This document shows, piece by piece, positions 53,781 through 64,000 of a stretch of DNA of 64,000 nucleotides. The DNA comes from Nitrospirota bacterium (lineage in GTDB: Bacteria; Nitrospirota; UBA9217). Numbering within the stretch: the first letter of the stretch is position 1; each line of letters opens with the position of its first letter. The notes beneath the pieces are model-generated. The model did not search any database and was not told where the DNA came from. It was given only the letters and a program-made list of their open reading frames with translations. The translations under genes and the position numbers were made by a program. The stretch spans positions 1,376,001 to 1,440,000 of the forward strand of contig CAVTRN010000001.1 in assembly GCA_963737155.1 (NCBI GenBank). Reading direction: 5' to 3'.

Positions 53781-54980
53781 ATGGCAAAGGCAAAATTTGA
53801 GAGGACAAAACCTCATGTGAACGTGGGAACCATTGGCCACGTGGACCACGGCAAAACGACCTTGACGGCCGCCATCACGAAGGTGCTCTCCTTCAAGAAC
53901 ATGGCGAGCTTTGTATCCTATGACAACATCGACAAGGCGCCGGAAGAACGGGAACGCGGCATCACAATCGCCACGGCGCATGTTGAATACTCGACAGAGA
54001 ACCGGCACTATGCCCACGTCGACTGTCCCGGCCATGCCGATTACGTGAAGAACATGATCACGGGGGCGGCGCAGATGGACGGAGCGATCCTGGTGGTATC
54101 TGCCGCCGACGGTCCGATGCCCCAGACCCGCGAGCACATTCTTCTCGCCCGTCAGGTAGGCGTGCCCTATATCGTCGTCTACATGAACAAAGTAGATATG
54201 GTGGACGACCCCGAGCTGATCGAACTCGTCGAGCTCGAGATCCGGGAGCTTCTATCCAAGTACCAGTTCCCAGGGGACAAGACCCCCATTGTCAAGGGAA
54301 GCGCCCTGAAGGCGCTCCAGAGCGACAGTAAGGACGTCAACGCGCCTGAGTACAAGAGCATCCTGGAGCTGATGGCGGCTGTGGATAGCTACATACCCCA
54401 GCCGAAGCGCGACGTCGATAAGCCCTATCTGATGCCGATTGAAGACGTGTTCTCTATCGCAGGCCGCGGTACGGTGGTGACGGGCAGGATCGAGCGCGGC
54501 ATCGTGAAGGTTAGCGACGAAATTGAGATTGTCGGAATCAAGCCGACGCAGAAGACGGTAGTGACGGGCGTGGAGATGTTCCGGAAGCTTCTGGACCGGG
54601 GCGAAGCGGGCGACAATGTCGGCGTGCTTCTCCGCGGTACCAAGAAGGAAGACGTGGAGCGCGGGATGGTTTTGGCGAAGCCGGGCAGCATCACGCCACA
54701 TACGAAATTCAAGGCTGAGGCGTATATTCTCACGAAGGAAGAAGGTGGCCGACACACGCCGTTCTTCAACGGCTATCGTCCGCAGTTCTATTTCCGGACG
54801 ACGGACGTGACGGGCGTGGTAAAGCTTGCCGAGGGAGTGGAGATGGTGATGCCGGGCGACAACATGACCTGCAGCGTCGAACTCATCACCCCGATCGCCA
54901 TGGACCAGGGCCTGCGCTTCGCCATCCGTGAAGGCGGCAGGACCGTGGGCGCCGGCGTTATCACCGAAGTGATCGAGTAA
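53781..54980 (+). CDS. tuf: Elongation factor Tu (copy 2)
   Basis: Same protein sequence as 37222-38421. Confidence 0.99.
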   Translation: MAKAKFERTKPHVNVGTIGHVDHGKTTLTAAITKVLSFKNMASFVSYDNIDKAPEERERGITIATAHVEYSTENRHYAHVDCPGHADYVKNMITGAAQMDGAILVVSAADGPMPQTREHILLARQVGVPYIVVYMNKVDMVDDPELIELVELEIRELLSKYQFPGDKTPIVKGSALKALQSDSKDVNAPEYKSILELMAAVDSYIPQPKRDVDKPYLMPIEDVFSIAGRGTVVTGRIERGIVKVSDEIEIVGIKPTQKTVVTGVEMFRKLLDRGEAGDNVGVLLRGTKKEDVERGMVLAKPGSITPHTKFKAEAYILTKEEGGRHTPFFNGYRPQFYFRTTDVTGVVKLAEGVEMVMPGDNMTCSVELITPIAMDQGLRFAIREGGRTVGAGVITEVIE

Positions 54981-54999
54981 GAGAGGGAAGGGACAGCAC

Positions 55000-55305
55000 G
55001 TGACACAGAAGATCAGGATACGTCTAAAAGGGTATGACCATAGACTGCTCGACCAGTCTGCAGTTGAGATCATGGATACGGCCAAGAGGACTGGAGCAAA
55101 AGTGTCCGGGCCGATTCCCCTCCCCACCAAAATCAATCGGTGGACCGTGCTCCGCTCTCCCCACGTGGACAAAAAGTCCCGCGAGCAGTTTGAGATCAGG
55201 ACGCATAAGAGACTGATGGATATTTTAGATCCTACCCCGCAGACCGTGGATGCGCTCATGAAGCTTGATCTGGCTGCAGGTGTTGATGTGGAGATTAAGC
55301 TATAG
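55000..55305 (+). CDS. rpsJ: 30S ribosomal protein S10
   Basis: GPIPLPT and [13 protein letters not shown]. Confidence 0.99.
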   Translation: MTQKIRIRLKGYDHRLLDQSAVEIMDTAKRTGAKVSGPIPLPTKINRWTVLRSPHVDKKSREQFEIRTHKRLMDILDPTPQTVDALMKLDLAAGVDVEIKL

Positions 55306-55364
55306 TTCTAAGAAGGATTTGATTGCGCAGAATCTCGGGTCGTATGCGGATGAAGGGACAGGCA

Positions 55365-55979
55365 ATGAGCAAGGGAATTATCGGAAAAAAAATAGGCATG
55401 AGCCAGCATTACCGCAGCGGAGAACTTATTCCGGTTACTGTGATTCAGGCAGGCCCCTGTACCGTGGTGCAAAAGAAAACCGTGGGAAAAGAAGGCTATG
55501 ACGCCGTTCAGCTTGCGTTTAATGAAGAGAAAAAGAAAGGCCGCGTAACGAAGGCCATGGCAGGCCACTTCCAGAAGGCAAATGTCCAATCGCACCGGTT
55601 TCTTCGTGAGTTCCGCACGGCAGAATTTGAGCAGGGCCAGGCGGTAACCGTGGATATTTTCCAAAAAGGCGAGCGGATTTCCGTGAGCGGAGTGAGCAAA
55701 GGTAAGGGATTCGCCGGCGTTATGAAACGGCATCGGTTTGCCGGTGGCCCCGGAGGCCATGGCTCCATGTTCAATAGGGCTCCCGGATCCATAGGCGCCA
55801 GTGCTTATCCGTCGCGGGTCATGCCGGGGAAAAAACTTCCCGGACATATGGGTGATGTGAACGTAACGCTGAAAAATATTGAAGTTATTGATGTACGGCC
55901 GGATCAGAATCTGCTATTCGTTCGCGGCGCAGTCCCGGGTGGAAAAAATGGGCTCGTCCTTTTATATAAAGCCGACTAA
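55365..55979 (+). CDS. rplC: 50S ribosomal protein L3
   Basis: GKKIGM, SKGKGFAG and RAPGSIG. Confidence 0.98.
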   Translation: MSKGIIGKKIGMSQHYRSGELIPVTVIQAGPCTVVQKKTVGKEGYDAVQLAFNEEKKKGRVTKAMAGHFQKANVQSHRFLREFRTAEFEQGQAVTVDIFQKGERISVSGVSKGKGFAGVMKRHRFAGGPGGHGSMFNRAPGSIGASAYPSRVMPGKKLPGHMGDVNVTLKNIEVIDVRPDQNLLFVRGAVPGGKNGLVLLYKAD

Positions 55980-56004
55980 TACCAAGAAGTCGAGGAAATA
56001 GACT

Positions 56005-56628
56005 ATGCCGTCAGTCTCAATGGTTGACCAGAATAATAAGAAAGTCAAGGATGTGGAACTTCCCAGCCTGTTCTCCGCGGAAGTGCGTCCCTATCTTCTG
56101 CATGCCGCTGTGGTGAATCAGCTTGCGAACAAGAGGGCCGGCACCGCGGCGACTAAGAACAAAGCGCTGGTAAGCGGAGGCGGGAAAAAACCTTTTAAGC
56201 AAAAAGGGACGGGCAGAGCCCGTGCGGGAAGCAACCGTTCTCCGCTCTGGCGTCATGGTGGAACTATTTTCGGCCCGATGCCGAGAGATTATTCTTATGC
56301 TCTTCCCAAAAAAGTAAAACGAGCCGCATTGTTAGATGCCATTGCATCAAAAGTCACGGATAATCGGCTTATTCTCGTCGACAGCCTAGAGCTTGCTGAG
56401 CCCAAGACCAAGCTTATGTCGACGTTGCTCGAAAATCTTGGAGTGCAGGAAAATGCCATCGTGCTTATTTCCGCGGACAACAGAAACCTACGTCTTGCTT
56501 CCAGGAACATTCCGTCTGTAAAAGTTCTCAGGATGGGCAACATGAACGTCTATGATCTGCTTAAATACCGGTACCTTATTACGACGCAGGACGCATTGAA
56601 TGCGATGCAGGAGGTATACGGAAAATGA
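56005..56628 (+). CDS. rplD: 50S ribosomal protein L4
   Basis: KPFKQKGTGRARAGS. Confidence 0.98.
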   Translation: MPSVSMVDQNNKKVKDVELPSLFSAEVRPYLLHAAVVNQLANKRAGTAATKNKALVSGGGKKPFKQKGTGRARAGSNRSPLWRHGGTIFGPMPRDYSYALPKKVKRAALLDAIASKVTDNRLILVDSLELAEPKTKLMSTLLENLGVQENAIVLISADNRNLRLASRNIPSVKVLRMGNMNVYDLLKYRYLITTQDALNAMQEVYGK

Positions 56629-56918
56629 TGTTAGATATGTATGATATCATCCGCGTGCCACGTATAACTGAAAAAGGTGCGCGGCTCAAGGAAAAAAATA
56701 ATGTTTTGACCTTTGAAGTCAGGGTTAACGCCAACAAGGTGCAGGTGAGAAAGGCAATAGAAGAAATATTCAAGGTCAAGGTTGCAGACGTTACCACAGT
56801 TAAAAATGCAGGCAAGAACAAGCGTGTTGGAAACCGGTTGGGCCGGAGGTCTGACTGGAAGAAAGCATACGTGACGTTGAAGCCTGGTGAAAAGATCGCT
56901 ATATTTGAGGGTGCATAA
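56625..56918 (+). CDS. rplW: 50S ribosomal protein L23
   Basis: P.ITEK and WKKAYVTL. Confidence 0.97.
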   Translation: MMLDMYDIIRVPRITEKGARLKEKNNVLTFEVRVNANKVQVRKAIEEIFKVKVADVTTVKNAGKNKRVGNRLGRRSDWKKAYVTLKPGEKIAIFEGA

Positions 56919-57746
56919 ATGCCGGTAAAGAGCTATAACCCAACATCTCCGGGAAGACGGTTTCAGACGACCTCGACATTCGAAGAGGTAACGCGCAGCA
57001 CGCCGGAGAAATCGCTGCTCGTAAAGATAAGCGAAAGCGGCGGAAGAAACAACCGCGGTAAGGTCACTGTCCGTTACCGGGGCGGCTGGCACAAGAAAAA
57101 ATACCGGGTGATTGACTTCCGACGTGAAAAAGTCGACGTGCCTGCAAGGGTTGCAGAAATTGAGTATGATCCAAACAGGTCTGCTCGTATCGCCCTCCTT
57201 CATTATGCAGACGGTGAAAAGCGATATATCATCGCTCCACTCGGTTTGAAAGTCGGCGACAGCGTTCTGTCAGGCCCTAATGCCGATATCAAAACGGGAA
57301 ATGCACTTCCGATGACCGCAATTCCGGTCGGCACTATCCTCCATAATGTGGAGCTTAAGAAGGGCGCAGGCGGACAACTCGGGAGGAGCGCTGGTGCATC
57401 GGTGCAGCTTCTGGCACGTGAGGGTGAATATGCTACCTTGAGATTAAACTCCGGAGAAGTTCGCAGAGTCCGTTCGGAGTGTATGGCAACTATCGGTCAG
57501 GTAGGGAACTTGGATCATGAGAACGTTAGCATCGGAAAGGCCGGAAGAGCACGCTGGATGGGAATGCGGCCTCGGGTGCGCGGAGTGGCAAAAAACCCCG
57601 TTGACCATCCTCTCGGAGGCGGCGAAGGTAAGTCATCGGGCGGAAGACCGGGTTGTTCGCCATGGGGACTGCCTGACGGAACGAAAACGCGGAAAAACAA
57701 ATCGACGACGAAATTCATTGTTTCACGAAGAACAAAGAGCAGATAA
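56919..57746 (+). CDS. rplB: 50S ribosomal protein L2
   Basis: [12 protein letters not shown] and [12 protein letters not shown]. Confidence 0.99.
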   Translation: MPVKSYNPTSPGRRFQTTSTFEEVTRSTPEKSLLVKISESGGRNNRGKVTVRYRGGWHKKKYRVIDFRREKVDVPARVAEIEYDPNRSARIALLHYADGEKRYIIAPLGLKVGDSVLSGPNADIKTGNALPMTAIPVGTILHNVELKKGAGGQLGRSAGASVQLLAREGEYATLRLNSGEVRRVRSECMATIGQVGNLDHENVSIGKAGRARWMGMRPRVRGVAKNPVDHPLGGGEGKSSGGRPGCSPWGLPDGTKTRKNKSTTKFIVSRRTKSR

Positions 57747-57767
57747 ACAAATAAGCGGAGGAATACG

Positions 57768-58058
57768 GTGCCGAGATCAGTTAAAAAGGGGCCTTTTATC
57801 GATGAGAGCCTCATGAAAAAAGTTGAAGCTATGAACGCATCCGGTGATAAGAAAATTGTGAAGACCTGGTCACGGAGATCGACGATTACACCTGAATTTG
57901 TCGGCCACACTATGGCTGTACATAACGGCAAAAAGTTTATCCCCGTCTATGTCACCGAAAACATGGTCGGACATAAATTAGGAGAGTTTTCGCAAACTCG
58001 GACGTTCAAAGCGCACGGTGGATCAAAATCCGCGGAAAAGGCAAGTGCTCCGAAGTAG
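57768..58058 (+). CDS. rpsS: 30S ribosomal protein S19
   Basis: KTWSRRSTI and MVGHKLGEF. Confidence 0.99.
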   Translation: MPRSVKKGPFIDESLMKKVEAMNASGDKKIVKTWSRRSTITPEFVGHTMAVHNGKKFIPVYVTENMVGHKLGEFSQTRTFKAHGGSKSAEKASAPK

Positions 58059-58096
58059 AAAACGGATCGCCCCGTTACGAGAAAGAGGATGGTCAG

Positions 58097-58426
58097 ATGG
58101 AAGCAAGCGCAACAGTAAGGCATATACGCATTACGCCGCGCAAGGCGCGACAAGTGATAGATCTTATCCGCGGGAAAATGGTGGGTGATGCCATCAATAT
58201 TCTCACCTTTACTCCACTCCACGCAGCACGGATTGTCAAGAAGCTTCTCGATTCGGCTGTCGCGAATGCCGAGCAGAAGAAAGTGGGAGATTTGGATACG
58301 CTCAAGGTTACCAAGGCGTTTGTAAACCAGGGTGTAACCATGAAACGGATGAGGGCGCGGGCTATGGGCCGTGGTAACGTGATCAAGAAGAGGACCAGCC
58401 ATATTACGCTGGTGCTTTCAGTATAG
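58097..58426 (+). CDS. rplV: 50S ribosomal protein L22
   Basis: RITPRKAR and [13 protein letters not shown]. Confidence 0.98.
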   Translation: MEASATVRHIRITPRKARQVIDLIRGKMVGDAINILTFTPLHAARIVKKLLDSAVANAEQKKVGDLDTLKVTKAFVNQGVTMKRMRARAMGRGNVIKKRTSHITLVLSV

Positions 58427-58445
58427 GTTCAATAACGGAGGCATC

Positions 58446-59090
58446 ATGGGACAGAAGGTACATCCGATCGGGCTGAGGCTCGGGATAATAAAGACGTGGG
58501 ATTCACGCTGGTTTTCTCAGAAGAACTATGCAGCTCTCCTGCATGAGGATATCAAGATCCGCAAGATTGTGAAAGAGCGCCTCATGCATGCAGGAGTTGC
58601 AAAAGTGGAAATCGAACGGGCTGGCCAAAAGGCCAAAATTAACATTCACACAGCACGGCCGGGGATCATCATTGGCAAAAAAGGTGCCGAGGTAGATAAG
58701 CTGAAAAAAGATCTCGAGGCAATGACCGGAAAGCAGATATATATTAATATTCAGGAAATCAGGCGCCCAGAACTGGATGCCCAGCTCGTAGCCGAGAACA
58801 TCGCTTTACAGCTGGAGCGCCGGATCGCATTCCGCAGAGCCATGAAAAAAGCTGTAACCTCGGCTCTTCGTCTCGGCGCCCAGGGCATCAAGATTAACTG
58901 TGCGGGTAGGTTGGCCGGTGCGGAAATTGCGCGGACTGAGTGGTACCGCGAGGGACGGGTTCCCCTTCATACGCTGCGTGCTGATATCAATTACGGATTT
59001 TTCGAGGCAAAAACAACGATGGGGCAGATTGGCGTTAAGGTCTGGATCTACCGGGGTGATATTCTTCAGCAGCCGACGAGCGCGGCATAA
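58446..59090 (+). CDS. rpsC: 30S ribosomal protein S3
   Basis: [13 protein letters not shown] and [10 protein letters not shown]. Confidence 0.99.
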   Translation: MGQKVHPIGLRLGIIKTWDSRWFSQKNYAALLHEDIKIRKIVKERLMHAGVAKVEIERAGQKAKINIHTARPGIIIGKKGAEVDKLKKDLEAMTGKQIYINIQEIRRPELDAQLVAENIALQLERRIAFRRAMKKAVTSALRLGAQGIKINCAGRLAGAEIARTEWYREGRVPLHTLRADINYGFFEAKTTMGQIGVKVWIYRGDILQQPTSAA

Positions 59091-59125
59091 GCGACCGTAT
59101 TACGAGCGATTAAAGGACTTTAATC

Positions 59126-59542
59126 ATGTTAGCACCTAAACGAGTTAAACACCGAAAGATGCACAAGGGAAGAATGACGGGTACGGCTTACCGCGGCGCC
59201 GAGGTGAGCTACGGCGAGTTTGGCCTTAAGGTACTAGAGCCGGGCTGGATTACCAGTCGGCAGATTGAGGCAGCCCGTATCGCGATGACACGTTACGTAA
59301 AACGCGGTGGCAAGATCTGGATTCGCATATTCCCCGACAAACCGATTACGAAAAAGCCGGCAGAAACCCGCATGGGAAAGGGCAAGGGAGCTCCTGAGTA
59401 TTGGGTAGCGGTGGTTAAGCCCGGTCGGGTACTCTATGAGATGGGTGGTGTCGACGAGTCGGTAGCAAGAGAAGCATTCCGCCTGGCGGCATATAAGCTA
59501 CCGATTGCGACGAAGTTTGTCTCACGGGAGGCTGAAATATGA
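59126..59542 (+). CDS. rplP: 50S ribosomal protein L16
   Basis: [12 protein letters not shown]. Confidence 0.99.
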   Translation: MLAPKRVKHRKMHKGRMTGTAYRGAEVSYGEFGLKVLEPGWITSRQIEAARIAMTRYVKRGGKIWIRIFPDKPITKKPAETRMGKGKGAPEYWVAVVKPGRVLYEMGGVDESVAREAFRLAAYKLPIATKFVSREAEI

Positions 59543-59739
59543 AGACGCGTGCGCGAGAATTACGGGACTTGTCGAACGATGAATTGCAGGCAAAAGCTGT
59601 TGACCTCAAAAAGGAGCTGTTCAACCTCAGGGTCCAGCAGGCCATGGGACAGATTGAAAATCCGATGCGGTTGAGAACGCTGCGAAAAGATATCGCAAAA
59701 GCAAAAACAGTCTTAAAGGAAAAACATGGAAGAGTCTAA
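59539..59739 (+). CDS. rpmC: 50S ribosomal protein L29
   Basis: ELFNLR and RKDIAKAKT. Confidence 0.96.
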   Translation: MKTRARELRDLSNDELQAKAVDLKKELFNLRVQQAMGQIENPMRLRTLRKDIAKAKTVLKEKHGRV

Positions 59740-59983
59740 GAAGAGAAAAGCCTACATCGGGCAGGTTATCAGCGATAAAATGGACAAAACAGTCGTACTG
59801 GCGGTCACGAGACGTATTGCTCATTCTCGGTACGGTAAGACCGTTAAGCGCACTACCAAGTTCAAGGCTCATGATGAAAAGAATGAGTGCAAGGTCGGTG
59901 ATGTAGTTCGGTTCATTGAGACCCGGCCCCTGTCAAAGGAAAAACGGTGGAAGGTGCTTGAGATCGTTGAGAAAGCAAATTAA
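59726..59983 (+). CDS. rpsQ: 30S ribosomal protein S17
   Basis: SDKMDKTVV and ETRPLSK.KRW. Confidence 0.98.
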   Translation: MEESKKRKAYIGQVISDKMDKTVVLAVTRRIAHSRYGKTVKRTTKFKAHDEKNECKVGDVVRFIETRPLSKEKRWKVLEIVEKAN

Positions 59984-60020
59984 ATACCAGGGACGAGAAA
60001 TCTTCGCAGAGGATTGAGAT

Positions 60021-60389
60021 ATGATTCAGCAGCAGACAGTATTGGACGTAGCCGATAATTCCGGCGCAAAAAAAGTGATGTGTATAAAAGTGCTAGGTGG
60101 CACGCGCAAGCGTTATGCTACCTTGGGCGATGTAATCGTGGTTGCCATCAAGATGGCGATTCCCGAAGGGCAGGTAAAAAAAGGCACCGTTGCAAAAGCG
60201 GTGGTTGTCCGCACGACCAAAGAGGTGCGACGGCAGGACGGCTCGTATATAAAGTTTGATCGGAACGCCGCGGTATTGATAAACAACGCGAATGAGCCGA
60301 TCGGGACGCGCATCTTTGGCCCCGTTGCTCGGGAACTCCGCAGGAAGAACTTTATGAAAATTATATCGCTGGCGCCTGAAGTGCTTTAA
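60021..60389 (+). CDS. rplN: 50S ribosomal protein L14
   Basis: VADNSGAK and [13 protein letters not shown]. Confidence 0.99.
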   Translation: MIQQQTVLDVADNSGAKKVMCIKVLGGTRKRYATLGDVIVVAIKMAIPEGQVKKGTVAKAVVVRTTKEVRRQDGSYIKFDRNAAVLINNANEPIGTRIFGPVARELRRKNFMKIISLAPEVL

Positions 60390-60432
60390 AGCGACCTCCA
60401 GAAACAGCTGAGGGAAAGCAGGAATTCAGAAT

Positions 60433-60744
60433 ATGCAGATAAAGAAAAATGACAACGTACTGGTGATAGCTGGCAAGGAAAAAGGGAAAAGGGGCAGAGT
60501 CATCGCTGTATACCCGACAACGAACAGACTTCTTGTCGAGAAACTAAACATGATTAAGCGGCACACGCGACCCAACCAGCAGGTCAGGCAGGGGGGGATT
60601 ATGGAAATGGAGAACCCTCTTTCTGTATCGAACGTGCAGTTGATTTGTTCGAAATGCGATAAACCTACTGCTGTTTCTCGTAAAGACCAAGGCGATGGTT
60701 CGCGTGCAAGAGTATGTAAAAAATGCAGCGAAGTCATCGATTAA
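60433..60744 (+). CDS. rplX: 50S ribosomal protein L24
   Basis: KOW motif [11 protein letters not shown]; C-terminal CxxC..CxxC. Confidence 0.97.
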   Translation: MQIKKNDNVLVIAGKEKGKRGRVIAVYPTTNRLLVEKLNMIKRHTRPNQQVRQGGIMEMENPLSVSNVQLICSKCDKPTAVSRKDQGDGSRARVCKKCSEVID

Positions 60745-60802
60745 GCTGATCCTCCGTTTCCGTGATTCAATATTGAGAACTGTAAAACAGGATAATAGAA
60801 CA

Positions 60803-61510
60803 ATGGCAGATAAAAAAGACAAAACGAAAGAGACAGAAAGCGGAGAGCAGAAAAAAACCGCATCCAAGACGCAAAAGGCAGGCGCAAAAGCAAAGGGCAC
60901 CGCAACCACAGCAAAAAAGGAAGCGGCAGCCGGGGAGGGCAGCAAGAAAATCGCTCCCGAACCAATTCCGACCCCTCGGCTGAAGACGCGGTATCATGAA
61001 GTTGCGGTTCCTGCGCTGATGAAGGAGTTCCAGTACAAGAACCCTATGCAAGCGCCGAAACTTGTCAAGATTGTGCTAAATATCGGTATGGGAGAGGCGA
61101 TTTCCAATGCGAAATCCCTGGACCACGCCGCTGAAGAAATGGCAAAGATATCGGGTCAGCGGCCGGTAATCACCCGTGCCAAAAAATCTATAGCAACCTT
61201 CAAACTAAGAGAGGGTATGCCGATCGGCTGCATGGTTACTCTCCGGCGTGAGCGCATGTATGAGTTCCTCGATCGCTTTATCAGCGCCGCACTTCCCCGC
61301 ATCAGAGACTTTAAGGGCATCTCATCAAAATCCTTTGACGGCAGAGGCAATTACTCGTTAGGGATCAAGGAACAGGTTATTTTTCCAGAGATAGAAATTG
61401 ACAAGGTTGATTCGGTTCATGGCATGGATATTGTAATTGTTACGACGGCGAAAACCGACGAGGAGGGCCGGGCATTGCTCGGTCATCTGGGCATGCCGTA
61501 CCGGAAGTAG
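60803..61510 (+). CDS. rplE: 50S ribosomal protein L5 with Lys/Ala-rich N-terminal extension
   Basis: [19 protein letters not shown] and FDGRGNY. Confidence 0.96.
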   Translation: MADKKDKTKETESGEQKKTASKTQKAGAKAKGTATTAKKEAAAGEGSKKIAPEPIPTPRLKTRYHEVAVPALMKEFQYKNPMQAPKLVKIVLNIGMGEAISNAKSLDHAAEEMAKISGQRPVITRAKKSIATFKLREGMPIGCMVTLRRERMYEFLDRFISAALPRIRDFKGISSKSFDGRGNYSLGIKEQVIFPEIEIDKVDSVHGMDIVIVTTAKTDEEGRALLGHLGMPYRK

Positions 61511-61539
61511 TCCGGGCAACCGGACGTCATGGAGGAACG

Positions 61540-61725
61540 ATGGCAAAGAAGTCGTTGATAGCTAAAGCGCAGAGACCTGCTAAGTTCAAAGTACGGAACT
61601 ACCACCGATGTCCGTTGTGCGGACGGTCACGGGGATATCTGCGCAAGTTCGATATGTGCAGGATTTGCTTCAGAAACAGGGCGCTTCGTGGAGAGATTCC
61701 GGGCGTGATTAAGGCGAGCTGGTAA
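61540..61725 (+). CDS. rpsN: 30S ribosomal protein S14, type Z
   Basis: RCPLCGR..MCRICFR..GEIPGV.KASW. Confidence 0.98.
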   Translation: MAKKSLIAKAQRPAKFKVRNYHRCPLCGRSRGYLRKFDMCRICFRNRALRGEIPGVIKASW

Positions 61726-61744
61726 CTAAAAGGGGTTTGAATCA

Positions 61745-62140
61745 ATGATGACCGATCCAATCGCGGATATGCTGACGCGTATTCGCAATGCAAGTAAGGC
61801 AAAGCATGAGAAAGTCGATATTCCCTCTTCGAAGATGAAGATCGAGATTGCGAAGATCCTCAAGGATGAGGGATACGTGAAGAACGTAAAGCTGGTAAAA
61901 GACCGCAGGCAGGGTCTGATTCGAGTATACCTGAAGTACACCGAGGATGAATTGCCCGTTATTCAGGGCATTAAGCGGGTCAGCAGACCGGGATGCCGAG
62001 TTTATGCGGGCAACGATGCGATCCCCAAGGTATTGGCTGGACTCGGGACTGCGATCCTGTCCACTCCGAAAGGGATTCAGACCGGCAAGCAGGCGAAGAA
62101 GGACAACGTTGGCGGTGAAGTTCTATGCCATGTGTGGTAG
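61745..62140 (+). CDS. rpsH: 30S ribosomal protein S8
   Basis: [13 protein letters not shown] and SRPG.RVY. Confidence 0.99.
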   Translation: MMTDPIADMLTRIRNASKAKHEKVDIPSSKMKIEIAKILKDEGYVKNVKLVKDRRQGLIRVYLKYTEDELPVIQGIKRVSRPGCRVYAGNDAIPKVLAGLGTAILSTPKGIQTGKQAKKDNVGGEVLCHVW

Positions 62141-62185
62141 TTTCAAAGCAGTGATTTCGTCCTCTCGAAGAGGGTAGGAGCTGTC

Positions 62186-62734
62186 ATGTCAAGGGTTGGA
62201 AAAAAACCGATTGAGATTCCATCTGGTGTCGAGACCAAGCTCGAGACCGGCAAGATTACAGTGAAGGGTCCTCTGGGCGAGATGAGCCAGGATGTGAATC
62301 CGAAGCTGACAATCAAGAAGGAAAATAATCAGCTGTTCGTGGAGCGTCCGACGAACCAGAAAATGTATCGAGAGTTGCACGGTATGACGCGGAACCTGAT
62401 CGCCAATATGGTAACCGGCGTGAGTAAGGGTTATGAAAAGACCCTAGAAATTTCCGGAGTCGGTTTTAAAGCCGCCGCTCAGGGAACGAACCTGATGCTT
62501 ACACTCGGGTTTTCTCATCCCATCGTTTATCCGCTGCCAAAGAGCATTAAGGCTACGGTAGATGCAAAACAGACGCAGGTCACATTGAAAGGTGTGGACA
62601 AACAGCTCGTCGGTCAGATTGCCGCGAATCTCAGGAGTTTGAAAAAACCGGAACCTTATAAGGGGAAGGGTATCAAGTACAGCACTGAGGTCATTCATCG
62701 CAAGGAAGGCAAAGCAGGCAAGGGCGGAAAATAG
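62186..62734 (+). CDS. rplF: 50S ribosomal protein L6
   Basis: MSRVGKKPI and PEPYKGKGIKY. Confidence 0.99.
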   Translation: MSRVGKKPIEIPSGVETKLETGKITVKGPLGEMSQDVNPKLTIKKENNQLFVERPTNQKMYRELHGMTRNLIANMVTGVSKGYEKTLEISGVGFKAAAQGTNLMLTLGFSHPIVYPLPKSIKATVDAKQTQVTLKGVDKQLVGQIAANLRSLKKPEPYKGKGIKYSTEVIHRKEGKAGKGGK

Positions 62735-62779
62735 AAACCGGTCTGAATTTCAGAATCGTATAGAGCAGGAGAGAAGAGC

Positions 62780-63142
62780 GTGGCACAGAGTAAACTGAAG
62801 TCGAGGCAAAGACGGCACGAAAGAGTCAGGGCGAAGGTTCGTGGCACGACAAGTAAACCAAGACTGAGCGTGTTCAAGAGCCTGAGCCATATCTACGCAC
62901 AGCTTATTGATGATACCACGGGGAAGACACTGGTTACGGCGTCCACAACCGAAAAAGCGGTTAGTTCTGGCTTGAAGCACGGGGGTAATGTTGCGGCGGC
63001 CAAAAAAGTTGGCGTAAGCATTGCCGAACGGGCGATAGGGAAGGATATTAAAGTAGTCGTGTTTGACCGAGGCGGCTACAAATATCACGGATGCGTCAAG
63101 GCGCTGGCTGATGCGGCGCGTGAAGCAGGTCTCAGATTCTAG
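62780..63142 (+). CDS. rplR: 50S ribosomal protein L18
   Basis: [13 protein letters not shown] and [10 protein letters not shown]. Confidence 0.98.
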   Translation: MAQSKLKSRQRRHERVRAKVRGTTSKPRLSVFKSLSHIYAQLIDDTTGKTLVTASTTEKAVSSGLKHGGNVAAAKKVGVSIAERAIGKDIKVVVFDRGGYKYHGCVKALADAAREAGLRF

Positions 63143-63169
63143 TGGCACCATTTATTACCGGAGGCGGCA

Positions 63170-63682
63170 TTGGCAGAGCGATACAATAATAAAGAGACGG
63201 AAGAAGGCGATGGCCTGAAAGATAAACTGGTTTATCTGAACCGTGTGGCCAAGGTGGTGAAGGGCGGAAAAAGATTCAATTTTAGCGCCCTAGTTGTCGT
63301 AGGCGATGGTAAGGGCAAGATCGGTGTTGGCAAAGGCAAAGCGGCTGAGGCGCCGGTAGCCATTAAAAAAGCCGTGGAGCGGGCAAAAAAGAACATGGTT
63401 CTTGTTTCCCTTAAAGGTGACACCATTCCCCATGAAGTGCTTGGGCATTACGGTGCGGGAAGGGTGTTGCTCAAGCCAGCCTCGGAAGGCACGGGGTTGA
63501 TTGCAGGTGGCGCCAGCAGATCGGTGCTAGAGGTTGTAGGCGTGCGGAATGTGCTGTGCAAATCTCTTGGTTCGAGCAATCCTCATAACGTTGTCAGCGC
63601 TACGATTAACGGGCTCACCAGACTTCGGAGCGCCGCCCAGGTTGCATTGCTCAGGGGCAAACCCGTGGAGGAGTTGATTTAA
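63170..63682 (+). CDS. rpsE: 30S ribosomal protein S5
   Basis: [12 protein letters not shown] and GTGLIAGG. Confidence 0.98.
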   Translation: MAERYNNKETEEGDGLKDKLVYLNRVAKVVKGGKRFNFSALVVVGDGKGKIGVGKGKAAEAPVAIKKAVERAKKNMVLVSLKGDTIPHEVLGHYGAGRVLLKPASEGTGLIAGGASRSVLEVVGVRNVLCKSLGSSNPHNVVSATINGLTRLRSAAQVALLRGKPVEELI

Positions 63683-63683
63683 C

Positions 63684-63884
63684 ATGGCGAAGACAGACGG
63701 AAAAAAGCTGAAAATTACCCTTGTGAAAAGCGGTATCGCCCGTCCGGGGAAGCACAAGGTTGTGTTAATTGGTCTGGGTTTGAAGAAATTAAATAAGTCC
63801 GTAATTCGTCTGGATACTCCTGAAATTCGCGGCATGATCAATAAAGTGAGCCATCTCATCCATGTTGAGGAAGCAAAAAACTAA
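63684..63884 (+). CDS. rpmD: 50S ribosomal protein L30
   Basis: [14 protein letters not shown] and RGMINKV.HL. Confidence 0.96.
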   Translation: MAKTDGKKLKITLVKSGIARPGKHKVVLIGLGLKKLNKSVIRLDTPEIRGMINKVSHLIHVEEAKN

Positions 63885-63914
63885 CCATACGATTCGAACG
63901 CAGGATTGCCTATT

Positions 63915-64000
63915 ATGAGATTAGAAGAGCTGAAACCCGCAAAAGGGGCGACAAAAAAAAGAAAGAGGGTCGGCAGGGGGCCGGGCTCAGGTGCAGGTAA
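63915..64000 (+). CDS. rplO: 50S ribosomal protein L15 (5' part, runs off the window)
   Basis: MRLEELKPAKGATKKRKRVGRGPGSG. Confidence 0.93.
   Translation, partial: MRLEELKPAKGATKKRKRVGRGPGSGAG

Overview
Bacterial chromosomal window of about 54% GC (estimated by eye). Gene content and order suggest a Nitrospirota- or Desulfobacterota-like anaerobe (inference, no database search run). The right ~28 kb is core translation/transcription machinery: cysS, rlmB, a 4-tRNA cluster, tuf-rpmG-tRNA-Trp-secE-nusG-rplKAJL-rpoBC, rpsL-rpsG-fusA-tuf, and the S10/spc operons through a partial rplO. The left ~34 kb holds pfkA (partial), moaAC, a lemA-TPM-nucleotidyltransferase-like operon, split transketolase, ftsEX-envC-ctpA, CIRCE-controlled groESL, a USP, a ThyA-like enzyme, hemE-hemH-hemY, a standalone LigD phosphoesterase and a sigma-54-preceded pair of small membrane proteins. 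Mobile or decayed DNA includes an intact DUF4338-fused IS4 transposase, an IS1634 remnant, the 5' fragment of a group II intron, and a decayed ECF sigma/anti-sigma pair. The most striking signal is absent from the ORF track: a 72-aa glutaredoxin-fold gene (6554-6772) with two in-frame UGA codons, each followed by its own SECIS-like hairpin. It is a probable two-selenocysteine protein and heads a co-directional cluster with a cysteine hydrolase and a PDO/AhpF-N-thioredoxin reductase fusion.
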